Source: Candidatus Ruminococcus ruminiciens (lineage in GTDB: Bacteria > Bacillota > Clostridia > Oscillospirales > Ruminococcaceae). Taken from it: a stretch of DNA of 64,000 bases. Within the stretch, counting starts at the first letter, position 1. Every line of letters starts with the position of its first letter. The DNA is taken from contig DAPZRL010000004.1 in the NCBI GenBank assembly GCA_037465765.1, forward strand, positions 569 to 64,568, given 5' to 3'. Made by a program: the position numbers and the translations under genes. The notes beneath the pieces were generated by a model. That model was given only the letters and a program-made list of their open reading frames with translations, did no database searches and was not told the DNA's origin. Of the stretch, positions 49,145-58,893 are shown piece after piece.

Positions 49145-50223
49145 GAATTTTCCTCCTCAAACTTCTTCATGAAAGCAACGAGCTTTTCAACACCCTCGAT
49201 AGGCATAGCGTTGTAGATCGAAGCTCTCATACCGCCAACGCTTCTGTGACCCTTGAGATTTTCAAATCCGGCAGCCTTTGATTCCTTTATGAACTTAGCG
49301 TCAAGCTCGTCGTTGCCGGTGATAAAGGGAACGTTCATGAGCGAACGGTCTTTCTTTTCAACAGTACCCTTGAACATCTTGCTGCTGTCGAGGAAATCGT
49401 AGAGAATAGCGGCTTTCTTTTCGTTGTGAGCTTTCATAGCCTCAAGACCGCCCATTTTCTTTATCCATTTGAATACCTTGCCGCAGATATAGATGCCGTA
49501 GCAGGGGGGAGTGTTGTAAAGCGAATCGTTATCAGCCTGAGTCTTCCACTTGAGCATTGTGGGAGTTCCTGCAAGAACGTCGTCGCGGATAAGATCCTCG
49601 CGGATAATGGCGATCACAACGCCGGCAGGTCCGACGTTTTTCTGAACGCCGCCGTAGATAACTCCGTATTTTGAAACATCAACGGGTTCGGAAAGGAAGC
49701 ATGAAGAAACGTCTGCAACGAGATCCTTACCCTTTGTGTTGGGGAGCTGCCAGAACTTTGTACCGTAAATTGTGTTATTCTCACAGATATAAACATAATC
49801 AGCGTCATCTGGGATATCAAGGTCTGAGCAGTCAGGAATATACGAAAAGGTTTTGTCGGCTGAGGAAGCTACTGCAACAGCCTCTCCGTACATCTGAGCT
49901 TCCTGATAAGCTTTCTTAGCCCACTGACCGGTGATTATGTAAGCAGCCTTTTTATTTTTCATAAGGTTCATGGGAACTGCCGCGAACTGCTGAGAAGCTC
50001 CGCCCTGAAGAAAGAGGACTTTATAATTATCGGGGATGTTCATAAGATCGCGGAGATCCTGTTCAGCTTCCTTGATAATATTATCGTAAACCTTTGAACG
50101 GTGGGACATTTCCATAACAGACATACCGCAGCCTTTGTAATCGAGCATCTCCTCTGCTGCTTCCTTGAGAACCTCCTCTGGAAGAACTGCCGGACCTGCG
50201 CTGAAATTATAGACTCTGCTCAT
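49141..50223 (-). CDS. serC: Phosphoserine aminotransferase
   Basis: YNFSAGP, EMSHRS, QKNVGPAG, YNTPP, GHRSVGG.RAS.YNA. Confidence 0.97.
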   Translation of the reverse strand: MSRVYNFSAGPAVLPEEVLKEAAEEMLDYKGCGMSVMEMSHRSKVYDNIIKEAEQDLRDLMNIPDNYKVLFLQGGASQQFAAVPMNLMKNKKAAYIITGQWAKKAYQEAQMYGEAVAVASSADKTFSYIPDCSDLDIPDDADYVYICENNTIYGTKFWQLPNTKGKDLVADVSSCFLSEPVDVSKYGVIYGGVQKNVGPAGVVIAIIREDLIRDDVLAGTPTMLKWKTQADNDSLYNTPPCYGIYICGKVFKWIKKMGGLEAMKAHNEKKAAILYDFLDSSKMFKGTVEKKDRSLMNVPFITGNDELDAKFIKESKAAGFENLKGHRSVGGMRASIYNAMPIEGVEKLVAFMKKFEEENS

Positions 50224-50371
50224 AAAAAAACCTCCAATTATATTGTTATAGAACCTGTTCAGCAGCTTTGTGTATTGAATATGGCGCAATTTGGGGTAAA
50301 GCAATCGGAAAATGCGCACAAAAAGATATTGAACAGACTCTAAGAACGTAAATATTTGCCATACGCTAACA

Positions 50372-50400
50372 ATTATACTATTTTTGTAAGAATAAGTCAA
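50372..50400 (-). promoter_or_regulatory. Sigma-A promoter for serC
   Basis: TTGACT-17-TATAAT. Confidence 0.7.
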
Positions 50401-50536
50401 GATAAACGGAGAAAAATTTTTTAGCATGGGAAATATTCGTTAAAACAGACGAAAAAGGCTGCTTTTTTAATGCAGAATGCATAATCGCAAATGAAGCAAA
50501 AATCGCTGCCTCAGGTGTCTGTGGCAGCGATTTACA

Positions 50537-50845
50537 TTATTCGGCGTTAAATTCGTCCTCGTATCTTTTTTGAAATTCCGCAAAAACTTCCTCAAGAAGC
50601 TCTTCGTCTTCGATGGAAACAAAGTCCGCAAATTCGGGATCGTCGCCGTTAAAAAGCATTTCAAGAATAACGACCTCGTCGTCCTCGTCGTCAAAGGGAA
50701 GCAAAACTGAAAATACTCTGTCCTTGTATTCTAAAGTGTCAAGAACCTCAAAGGAGACTTCGTTGCCGTCGTCGTCTGTGAGTGTTATATAATTTGCGTT
50801 TTCCTCGTCTTCTAATTCTTCTCTATCCTTATCAAAATCGCTCAT
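50537..50845 (-). CDS. DUF1292-family acidic protein
   Basis: ITLTDDDGNE..FEVLD...IEDEE....VF..F. Confidence 0.8.
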   Translation of the reverse strand: MSDFDKDREELEDEENANYITLTDDDGNEVSFEVLDTLEYKDRVFSVLLPFDDEDDEVVILEMLFNGDDPEFADFVSIEDEELLEEVFAEFQKRYEDEFNAE

Positions 50846-50869
50846 AACATTACCTCCAAAATTAAGATA

Positions 50870-50936
50870 ATTTAATTATATCATATTATGCAAGAAATAT
50901 CAACAGGCGCGGAGATAATTTTCCCAAATTTATTTT
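50870..50936 (-). repeat. Duplicated promoter module, copy B
   Basis: 61/67 identity to 33737-33803; TTGATA-17-TATAAT with an extended TG on the minus strand. Confidence 0.85.
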
Positions 50937-51562
50937 TTTGGCGCGGACATGGGTGCAGAGGTGAGCTGATTTTGTATATCCATTCTTTTTTGAATGTGTT
51001 TAATCATTTCATAACAGTTCTCAATGCAGCATGAAAAAACTTCAGGATTATTTGACATATTGTCGTGAATAAATATTTGTATGCATATGCTCTTTCTTTT
51101 TTGAGTGAATACGCGTACATTGATAACGCTTCGATACGGCGCTTCAAAGGATTTTAAACTAAAGCCGATTGCTGATGTTCCGAAAATACAGTTTTCGTGA
51201 ATATGCAAGGCGTTGTTTTTTAATATTTGGTATTTTATTCCTGATAATGAAGTTCCTATAGAAAGAAAAATTATTCCGATGATAATATGTGGAAAAAGTG
51301 TATCTGAATCAAAAAAATTATTATAAAAAAATAACATTATAAGACCTGTTATTAATAGAATACAATAACATACGATTATAATCTTATACTTTATTGCTGA
51401 TTTGTGATTGTAATATGAAACTGCAATTTCTTTTCCCTTATTGAAGCTGTTTGGATCAAGATGCAAAAGCTGTTGCTCATTATTGTTTCTTGGCGCACTG
51501 CACTGGTTAGATGATTTTGAAGCTTCCGCAGCTTGAGTTCTGTGGTTTTTGCAATAACGCAT
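50930..51562 (-). CDS. AT-rich hypothetical membrane protein (2 TMs)
   Basis: GAGGT RBS, two hydrophobic segments, soluble C-terminal domain. Confidence 0.6.
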   Translation of the reverse strand: MRYCKNHRTQAAEASKSSNQCSAPRNNNEQQLLHLDPNSFNKGKEIAVSYYNHKSAIKYKIIIVCYCILLITGLIMLFFYNNFFDSDTLFPHIIIGIIFLSIGTSLSGIKYQILKNNALHIHENCIFGTSAIGFSLKSFEAPYRSVINVRVFTQKRKSICIQIFIHDNMSNNPEVFSCCIENCYEMIKHIQKRMDIQNQLTSAPMSAPKK

Positions 51563-51589
51563 AATTTAACCTCGATATGTATAAATCAA

Positions 51590-51639
51590 GGGCAATATGT
51601 CCACAATAGTGTTATAGGACAAATTGTCCTAATTGTCAA
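51590..51639 (-). promoter_or_regulatory. Promoter with two palindromic operators
   Basis: TTGACA-17-TATAAC; GGACAAATTGTCC (51617-51629) in the spacer and GGGCAATATGTCC (51590-51602). Confidence 0.75.
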
Positions 51640-51687
51640 GCTTTTTTATTGCCTGTTTTATAATTATTATTATTATGAGGTGATAAA

Positions 51688-51903
51688 ATGTTTGTCAGAA
51701 TCAGGAATCTTAGAGAAGACAGCGATAAAACTCAAAAAGAAGTATCGGATTATCTTTTTTGCGATCAGTCCCTTTATTCCAAGTATGAACGCGGGACAAG
51801 AGTCGTTCCGGTTGAAATAATAATAAAGCTGGCGAAGCTTTACGGAACGAGTACAGACTATATTCTTGGATTAACAGACGAAAAGGAACCGTATAAAAAA
51901 TAA
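51688..51903 (+). CDS. Small XRE-family regulator
   Basis: RIRNLREDSDKTQ...YSKYERG...STDYILG. Confidence 0.9.
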   Translation: MFVRIRNLREDSDKTQKEVSDYLFCDQSLYSKYERGTRVVPVEIIIKLAKLYGTSTDYILGLTDEKEPYKK

Positions 51904-51965
51904 GGCTGACGAATTTTTGTGCGTCAGCCTTTAAAATATCTAAATATAACTTGTTATTTCTTAAA

Positions 51966-52436
51966 TTATAACATGTTTTTGTGTTTCTGCTTTTTCCTTA
52001 AGTTCTTAAAAAAATCAGATAGCAGGGCTGAGCATTCCGTCTCCATTAACCCACCTTTAACTGTGGGATGATGATTATATGGCAGCTCGAATATGGACTG
52101 AACGGAGACGGCGGAACCGCTTTTGAGGTCGTATGCGCCGAAAATAACGTTGTCGATGCGGGCGTTGATTATAGCGCCGCAGCACATCGGGCAAGGTTCG
52201 AGAGTCACATAAATTGCGCAATCGGGCAGTCTCCAGCCTCCAAGTTTTTTGCAGGAGTTGTTTATAGCTATAATTTCGGCATGAGCAAGGGCGTTTTTTC
52301 CTGTCTCGCGCATATTACGTCCTTCTCCGATTATTTCTCCGGTAGATTTTTTCACAACTACGGCGCCTACCGGAACTTCGCCTTCGTCGGCAGCCTGCCG
52401 TGCAAGCTCAATAGCTCGTTCCATAAAATGTTCCAT
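51966..52436 (-). CDS. tadA: tRNA adenosine deaminase
   Basis: GEVPVGAV, HAE, TLEPCPMC. Confidence 0.93.
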   Translation of the reverse strand: MEHFMERAIELARQAADEGEVPVGAVVVKKSTGEIIGEGRNMRETGKNALAHAEIIAINNSCKKLGGWRLPDCAIYVTLEPCPMCCGAIINARIDNVIFGAYDLKSGSAVSVQSIFELPYNHHPTVKGGLMETECSALLSDFFKNLRKKQKHKNML

Positions 52437-52445
52437 GTTTTTCCC

Positions 52446-53615
52446 TCAAAAAAGAAATCTGAAAGCGGCTTCAAAAATACATATGATCGCCATGACAGAA
52501 TATGGGAAAGCTTTCGCCGCCGCAGAATACCGCCTTAAAGTTGATGTGTGGGATTTATAGAGCGCGATATGATGCTTTTCTTTTGAACGTCCTGCAAGGT
52601 ATATCAATATAAAAGTGACCGCTCCAACAATAAATGTTACAAGCATAAAGGTGTTGCGGTGAACGAGCGCTTTAAAGGAATTGCTGCCGGAAAGTATGAT
52701 AATTGCAAAAGAGTACATTCTGTATATTATGCGAACGAAAAAAGCTGTTATGATAGTTCCGCTTCTCAGCATTCCGAGAGAGGCTACGACAGAGATGAGA
52801 ATAGCCGCAGGCATTTCGGTAAAGTCTCTTGTAAGCAGGCAGGCTGTGACAGCGGTAACGATCGTGGCAAAGACATCGCCGAACTGCCTTAGCGCGGCAA
52901 AAATAGCTCCTCTGAAGAAGAGTTCGGAAACAATAGGGATAACCAGAATATTGAATATTAAATAAAATATAAAATCGGATTGTCCCCAGAAGGAAACATC
53001 GTCCGTGCCATCCGACATGAAGAAAGCGTAGATATCCTGAACGTCGTTTGAATAAGCAGCCGGGAGACAGGCTACAGTGCAAACCATAAGCGTTATTGCA
53101 ATAGCATTAACGATTTCCGTTGATGATTTTACATTGCTCATGAACTCCACTCTGAACGGCAGCTTTAGCCTTGTATGAATGTAAATTGCAGGTACGAGAA
53201 GCTTTAAGACTGATATAAGTACTATCATACCGACAATTTCCGTGCTTCCGCCATAATAGCCGGAACCGAAAATGTTGACGTTTATGTTAAGTCCTAAGGC
53301 ATTAAAAATCAACACAAGAAATTTGCTTATAATAGTGTCAATAACAATGGCTATCAGCATTGATATGCCGATTATGTGCATTATATTGGTAACGGCGCGT
53401 TTTTCAGCGTCAGCAAAGGTGGTGGTTTCAAATCCGCGGCTGTCGTTAAAAATGCTTTCCTTGGGATTTTTGCTGTAGTTGAAGGCAAAAGGATTTTTTT
53501 TATTTTTGCGCCAGTTTACGTATTTTTCATTGTAAGAATCGTTCTGAGTTGAAAAATCAAATTCATTGATAACGTCTATCGCCGAAATTTCATCGCCGTG
53601 CGGTGCTTTGTTCAT
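52446..53615 (-). CDS. CPBP/Abi-like membrane protein with a degenerate active site
   Basis: Multi-TM; SELFFRG in place of EExxFRG. Confidence 0.65.
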   Translation of the reverse strand: MNKAPHGDEISAIDVINEFDFSTQNDSYNEKYVNWRKNKKNPFAFNYSKNPKESIFNDSRGFETTTFADAEKRAVTNIMHIIGISMLIAIVIDTIISKFLVLIFNALGLNINVNIFGSGYYGGSTEIVGMIVLISVLKLLVPAIYIHTRLKLPFRVEFMSNVKSSTEIVNAIAITLMVCTVACLPAAYSNDVQDIYAFFMSDGTDDVSFWGQSDFIFYLIFNILVIPIVSELFFRGAIFAALRQFGDVFATIVTAVTACLLTRDFTEMPAAILISVVASLGMLRSGTIITAFFVRIIYRMYSFAIIILSGSNSFKALVHRNTFMLVTFIVGAVTFILIYLAGRSKEKHHIALYKSHTSTLRRYSAAAKAFPYSVMAIICIFEAAFRFLF

Positions 53616-53925
53616 GTTTTAAGCCTCCTTTCGCTCCGTATTGAATCTAAAGTGAATCTTTAAAATTTCCCAATATAATTTTATCATATCATGCTGCGAT
53701 TAATGTTATTAATTATACGGATTTATATAAAAAAAATATTAATTGGAAATATCTTTTGCTTTGTGTTCGGGGCTGCTGCACCAAATTTGCTGAGTCATTG
53801 TGTAATACCGTATAATTCAAGCTGTATTGCAGGTTTTGTGTTTCATCGGCTTGCATTTCCGAAAAAAATATGTTATAATATAAACAGTAATATACAATTA
53901 TCTTGCTTGCTGTTTTGGGCGTTTT

Positions 53926-54396
53926 TTGAAAGTAAATGAATTTGAGGTGAGCTCATTGGAGTTTTTAGCTGTAACCGCAGTTATAGTCGTGATATGTGTT
54001 ATGATCGGAGTAAATACAGGTCTTATGGCGGCAGCAGCGGCAGCGATTATCGGGCTGCTGGTCGCTGCAATGGCATTATTTTTTATTTGGTTTTTCTTTT
54101 CTCTTATCCGTACCAAAACGGCAAAGGGATTCTTTCTGCGAATTGAAAAAAATAATAAGTATGGTTTCCCTACTGCAATTTACAGCATCGACGGAAAAGA
54201 ATATCCCTGTGTTTTTCCGGCGGAGACATTTTTTATATCAGTCCTTTATAAAAAAGACAAACTGTACAGGCTTTTTTTCAGCGAAAAGAAATGCGCCGTT
54301 TTTGACAGATTTGCCTTAATTACTTGTATTACGGGATTTGTTTGCAGTATTGCTGCTGTCATAGCGGCAGTCGAGTTATATATTAAAAATTTTTAG
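53926..54396 (+). CDS. Hypothetical membrane protein
   Basis: Hydrophobic N- and C-terminal segments; start uncertain. Confidence 0.55.
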   Translation: MKVNEFEVSSLEFLAVTAVIVVICVMIGVNTGLMAAAAAAIIGLLVAAMALFFIWFFFSLIRTKTAKGFFLRIEKNNKYGFPTAIYSIDGKEYPCVFPAETFFISVLYKKDKLYRLFFSEKKCAVFDRFALITCITGFVCSIAAVIAAVELYIKNF

Positions 54397-54417
54397 GCAG
54401 CATCAAGGGAGGAAATT

Positions 54418-54768
54418 ATGGAAGAACATATCTGCGGCGGATGCGGAATACACAAGGATATAGTTGACAAGGTCTCAAAAGTCATGCCTGACGAGGCCGC
54501 GCTTTACGACGCGGCGGAGCTGCTCAAGGTTTTCGGCGATTCCACAAGGATACGAATAATTTTCGTGTTGTGTCAGAGTGAGATGTGCGTATGCGATATA
54601 GCCAACATTCTTGGAATGACCCAGTCGGCGATCTCTCACCAGCTTCGCGTATTGAAGCAGGCGCGCCTTGTAAGCTCGCGCAGAGAGGGTAAAACGATTT
54701 TTTATTCTATTTGCGACGCTCATGTTAAAACGATTTTTTATCATGCAATGGAACACGTAATGGAGTGA
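54418..54768 (+). CDS. ArsR/SmtB metalloregulator
   Basis: FGDSTRIRI, EMCVCDIA, QSAISHQLRVLK. Confidence 0.92.
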   Translation: MEEHICGGCGIHKDIVDKVSKVMPDEAALYDAAELLKVFGDSTRIRIIFVLCQSEMCVCDIANILGMTQSAISHQLRVLKQARLVSSRREGKTIFYSICDAHVKTIFYHAMEHVME

Positions 54769-54772
54769 ATTT

Positions 54773-55585
54773 ATGGAATATTTTGACTTTCATACTCATG
54801 CATTCGCAGACGCTCTTGCATCGCGCGCGATTGGAGCTTTATCGGAAACGAGCGGTATAATTCCTGCCACAGACGGAACGATCCGCGGATTGAGGGATAT
54901 AATGCGGAAAAATAATATAGGCAGAGCGCTGCTGCTTCCGGTCGCGACAAAGCCTTCGCAGCAGACAGTCATTAACAATTGGGCTGCAGAAACGGTCGGA
55001 GACGGCATATATTGCTGCGGAACGATCCACCCCGACGCTGAAGATGCTGTCGAGGAGGTTCGCCGTATAAAAAGTCTTGGACTTCTCGGAATAAAATTTC
55101 ATTCAGAATATCAGTTCTTCCGTCCGGACGAGGAGCGAATGTTCCCGATATACGAGGCGATCGCGGAGGAAGAGCTTATCGCGGTATTTCACGGCGGCTG
55201 GGATCCGTATTCTGAAGACGAGGTACGTGCTGCACCTGAGTGTTTTACTGTAGTAGCCGAAAATTTTCCGAAGCTTAAAATAGTGGCGGCGCATCTTGGA
55301 GCGATGAATCTATGGGATGATGTGGAAAAATATCTTGCCGGGAAATATGACAATATATGGTTCGATGTTAGCGTTATCGCACGGTATATCACGGATTTTA
55401 CGCAGGTCGGCAGGATAATCGCGGCGCACGGCGCAGATAAGATACTTTTCGGCAGCGACTGTCCTTGGGACGATCCCGCAAACGAGATCGCCATGATAAA
55501 CAGCCTGCCTCTCAGCGAGGAGGAAAGGGCGATGATCTTTTATAAAAATGCTGAAAAGCTGCTGGGGTTAAGCGATCCCGTTTGA
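54773..55585 (+). CDS. Amidohydrolase_2-family metallohydrolase
   Basis: DFHTH, GIKFH, AAHLG, LFGSD.PW. Confidence 0.88.
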   Translation: MEYFDFHTHAFADALASRAIGALSETSGIIPATDGTIRGLRDIMRKNNIGRALLLPVATKPSQQTVINNWAAETVGDGIYCCGTIHPDAEDAVEEVRRIKSLGLLGIKFHSEYQFFRPDEERMFPIYEAIAEEELIAVFHGGWDPYSEDEVRAAPECFTVVAENFPKLKIVAAHLGAMNLWDDVEKYLAGKYDNIWFDVSVIARYITDFTQVGRIIAAHGADKILFGSDCPWDDPANEIAMINSLPLSEEERAMIFYKNAEKLLGLSDPV

Positions 55586-55736
55586 CAGAGTGTTGATTGA
55601 AGCGTTCACAGCCTGTTTGCAGGCAAGTTCGTGTCGGAAAAATAAAAATTCCGGATTTCTTTCCTCGCCTGTTGAAAATTCTTTTTATGTATGTTATAAT
55701 ATAAACGAATCAAAATCGAACGACAGGAGAATAGAT

Positions 55737-57686
55737 ATGAGTAAAAAACCTTATTATATTACGACAGCCATTGCCTATGCGTCGAAAAAGCCGCATATCG
55801 GCAATACCTACGAAATAGTGTTTACCGATGCGGTCGCGCGTTATAAGAGAATGCAGGGATACGACGTGTTCATGCTTACCGGCACTGACGAACACGGGAT
55901 AAAAATAGAGGAGCTTGCCAAGGAGGAAGGGATTTCTCCGAAGGAACACGTTGATAAGGTGGCTGCCGAGATCAGGAATATCTGCGATCTTATGAATGTT
56001 TCTTATGATGGCTTTATCAGAACTACCGACGAGCAGCATGAAAAGATCGTCCAGAAAATTTTTACAAAGCTTTATGAACAGGGCGATATCTACAAAAGCT
56101 CATACGAGGGGCTTTACTGTACGCCGTGCGAGAGCTTCTGGACGGAATCTCAGCTTGTTGACGGAAAATGCCCTGACTGCGGCAGAGAAGTAAAACCTGC
56201 CAACGAAGAAGCATATTTCCTCAGACTTTCAAAGTATCAGAAATGGCTTGAGGACTATATCGAGGAGCATCCGGATTTCATTGTTCCCGAAAGCCGCAAA
56301 AAGGAAATGCTCAACAATTTCATCAAGCCCGGACTTCAGGATCTCTGCGTTTCGAGAACGACATTTAAATGGAGCATTCCCGTTACATTTGACCCGAAGC
56401 ACGTAATTTACGTTTGGATAGACGCTCTTTCAAACTATATTACTGCTATGGGCTACGATCCCGACGGTTCTTCCGAGGTTTTTGAAAAATACTGGCCCTG
56501 CGACTGTCATGTTATCGGCAAGGATATCATGCGTTTCCACTCGATCTACTGGCCTATTATGCTTCATGCGCTCGGACTTGAGATCCCGAAACAGCTTTTC
56601 GGTCATAACTGGATCCTTTTCGGCGAGGACAAGATGAGCAAATCGAGAGGAAACGTTATTTACTCCGACGACGTTGTAAAAGCGTTTGGCGTTGACGGCG
56701 CAAGATATTATCTTCTCAGCGAGATGCCTGTTAATTCAGACGGTTCGATCACTTATGAATCGCTTGTCGAGCGTTATAATTCCGACCTTGCCAACACATT
56801 GGGCAATTTGGTAAACAGAAGCGTTGCTATGGCGAAAAAATATTTTGGCGGCGAGATAATGCCTCCTATTGAGCACGGAACTGTTGACCATGAGCTTATT
56901 CATATGGCGGAGGAACTGCCGAAAAAGATAGAATCTCTCATGAATGAATACCGCATGGCTGATACAATGGACGCAATAATGAGCCTTGCCCGCCGCGCAA
57001 ATAAGTATATCGACGAAACATCGCCTTGGGTTCTTGCAAAGGACGAGGAGCAATCCGCAAGACTGGGGACTGTGCTCTATAATCTCCTTGAAACTATCCG
57101 CTTTATCGGAGTTGCTCTCGAACCGTTTATGCCAGAAACTTCGGAAAAAATTCTGGACGAGATCGGAGCAGGCAAGCGTGATCTTGCAAGTCTTGAACGC
57201 TTTGGCGCTCTTGAAGCCGGAAAGTATGTCGGTGAGCCTGTGCCGATTTTCGCAAGAATAGATGCAGATAAATTCATGGAGGAGGCAAACGCTGAAATGG
57301 CGGCACGTGCCGCTGCTGCAAAAGCGGAGGAGGAAGCTCCTTCGGAGGAGATCGTGCTTGCTCCGGAGATATTGATCGACGATTTTGCGAAAATTGAGAT
57401 AAGAGCGGCGAAAATTCTTTCCGCCGAAAAGATAAAGAAGTCGGATAAACTTCTTTGCTTGCAGCTCGACGACGGAATGGGCGGCAGACAGGTGGTTTCG
57501 GGTATCGCTCAGTACTATACGCCCGAGGAGCTTGTTGGCAAAAAAGTTCAGCTTATTGCCAATCTTAAACCGGTGAAGCTCAGAGGGGTTGACAGCTTCG
57601 GCATGATCTGTGCCGCAGATACTCCCGACGGCGTAAAGGTGATTTTCTTGGACGACAGCATTCCGGCAGGTTCAAAAATAAGATAA
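55737..57686 (+). CDS. metG: Methionine-tRNA ligase
   Basis: HIGN, TGTDEHG, KMSKS, C-terminal tRNA-binding domain. Confidence 0.97.
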   Translation: MSKKPYYITTAIAYASKKPHIGNTYEIVFTDAVARYKRMQGYDVFMLTGTDEHGIKIEELAKEEGISPKEHVDKVAAEIRNICDLMNVSYDGFIRTTDEQHEKIVQKIFTKLYEQGDIYKSSYEGLYCTPCESFWTESQLVDGKCPDCGREVKPANEEAYFLRLSKYQKWLEDYIEEHPDFIVPESRKKEMLNNFIKPGLQDLCVSRTTFKWSIPVTFDPKHVIYVWIDALSNYITAMGYDPDGSSEVFEKYWPCDCHVIGKDIMRFHSIYWPIMLHALGLEIPKQLFGHNWILFGEDKMSKSRGNVIYSDDVVKAFGVDGARYYLLSEMPVNSDGSITYESLVERYNSDLANTLGNLVNRSVAMAKKYFGGEIMPPIEHGTVDHELIHMAEELPKKIESLMNEYRMADTMDAIMSLARRANKYIDETSPWVLAKDEEQSARLGTVLYNLLETIRFIGVALEPFMPETSEKILDEIGAGKRDLASLERFGALEAGKYVGEPVPIFARIDADKFMEEANAEMAARAAAAKAEEEAPSEEIVLAPEILIDDFAKIEIRAAKILSAEKIKKSDKLLCLQLDDGMGGRQVVSGIAQYYTPEELVGKKVQLIANLKPVKLRGVDSFGMICAADTPDGVKVIFLDDSIPAGSKIR

Positions 57687-57690
57687 AATT

Positions 57691-57722
57691 AACGGTGAGG
57701 ATTTTATCCTCACCGTTTTTTG
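57691..57722. terminator. Bidirectional terminator
   Basis: AACGGTGAGGAT-TTT-ATCCTCACCGTT followed by a T-run. Confidence 0.8.
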
Positions 57723-58688
57723 TTATTCCAATTCCGGAGGTCGTTTCTTATTAATAACCAAAAGTACTGCGATAATTCCGATGCATAAGATAAGAGTTGT
57801 AAAAATGCTTCCCTCAATTCCAAATTTTCCTCCTGTGAGTATGGTCGAGGAGGAATTTGCCGATGTTCTGAATATAGATTCAGTGCTTCCGGAGCCGCTG
57901 ACGCTGATGCCGAAAATATTTCCCTGTGAGAAATTCCAGATCGAGTGAACAGCGCAGATTCCCCAGATATCATTAAAGCATATCATATAGACCGCTGCAA
58001 AAACACCGAAGAGCGTAAGATTTATCATGGGAAGTACGGAAAATCCGGGATTAGCAGCGTGTGCTGCGGCAAAGGCGAGCGAGCTTACGGCGACCGCAAG
58101 ATAAGGGGAATGCTTACCGCCTATGGAAGTCATAAGACAGCCGCGGAAGATAAATTCCTCGCTCATGCCCTGAAAGAAAAAACCCAGTAAATAGAGCAGT
58201 ATCAATCCCACATTTATTTTTGTGCAAAGCTTAATGCCGTTTGCTCCGAAAAGAACCGTAAGCATGGTGATCGAGGTCATCATGATAATTCCCACTGCAA
58301 GACCCATGACGTAATTTCGAATGAGTCGGCGCTTTCTTACCCCCATTGAAGATAACTTCCGCATTTCGATAAAACGGCAGTATATCATGCTTAAAATCGT
58401 ACCGAAAATTGTTCCTATGAGTGTTGGTATCATAACCTTCGGAGACATGGCAACATCTGACGAAAGCTTTATTGAATCGCTGAAAGAAAGTTTCTTTTCG
58501 CCCTCAAGATAGCCCTGTGTATTTAGTCTCTCCATAAGAGGCACATAGGAGGCGGCAGCGGTAACTACAGATTCAGCTAAATAAATTACAAGGAATAGTG
58601 CGGCAAAGGAAAGCAGTTGTACTGCAAGATTAGGCGAGGCATGGGACTTTGACGCTTCCTTAAACATTTTGGAATTTAAATTTATCAT
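57723..58688 (-). CDS. CPBP (CAAX/Abi) intramembrane protease
   Basis: EEFIFRG, FAAAH and HSIWN motifs intact. Confidence 0.9.
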   Translation of the reverse strand: MINLNSKMFKEASKSHASPNLAVQLLSFAALFLVIYLAESVVTAAASYVPLMERLNTQGYLEGEKKLSFSDSIKLSSDVAMSPKVMIPTLIGTIFGTILSMIYCRFIEMRKLSSMGVRKRRLIRNYVMGLAVGIIMMTSITMLTVLFGANGIKLCTKINVGLILLYLLGFFFQGMSEEFIFRGCLMTSIGGKHSPYLAVAVSSLAFAAAHAANPGFSVLPMINLTLFGVFAAVYMICFNDIWGICAVHSIWNFSQGNIFGISVSGSGSTESIFRTSANSSSTILTGGKFGIEGSIFTTLILCIGIIAVLLVINKKRPPELE

Positions 58689-58893
58689 AAAAATCTCCTT
58701 TACGAAAATAATTATAATTATTTTACATCCTCCCGCAAGCTTTGTCAAGACGGCGGCGTTTAGAATCTGTAAGTATATAAGATATGAACAGCCTGATATT
58801 GAACAGTCTTTTAATTCGCAAAGCGCGTCAGCATAAAAAAGAGCAGCCGCAAATCTTTAAGGCATGAAAGATACGCAGCCGCCTCGGTAATAA

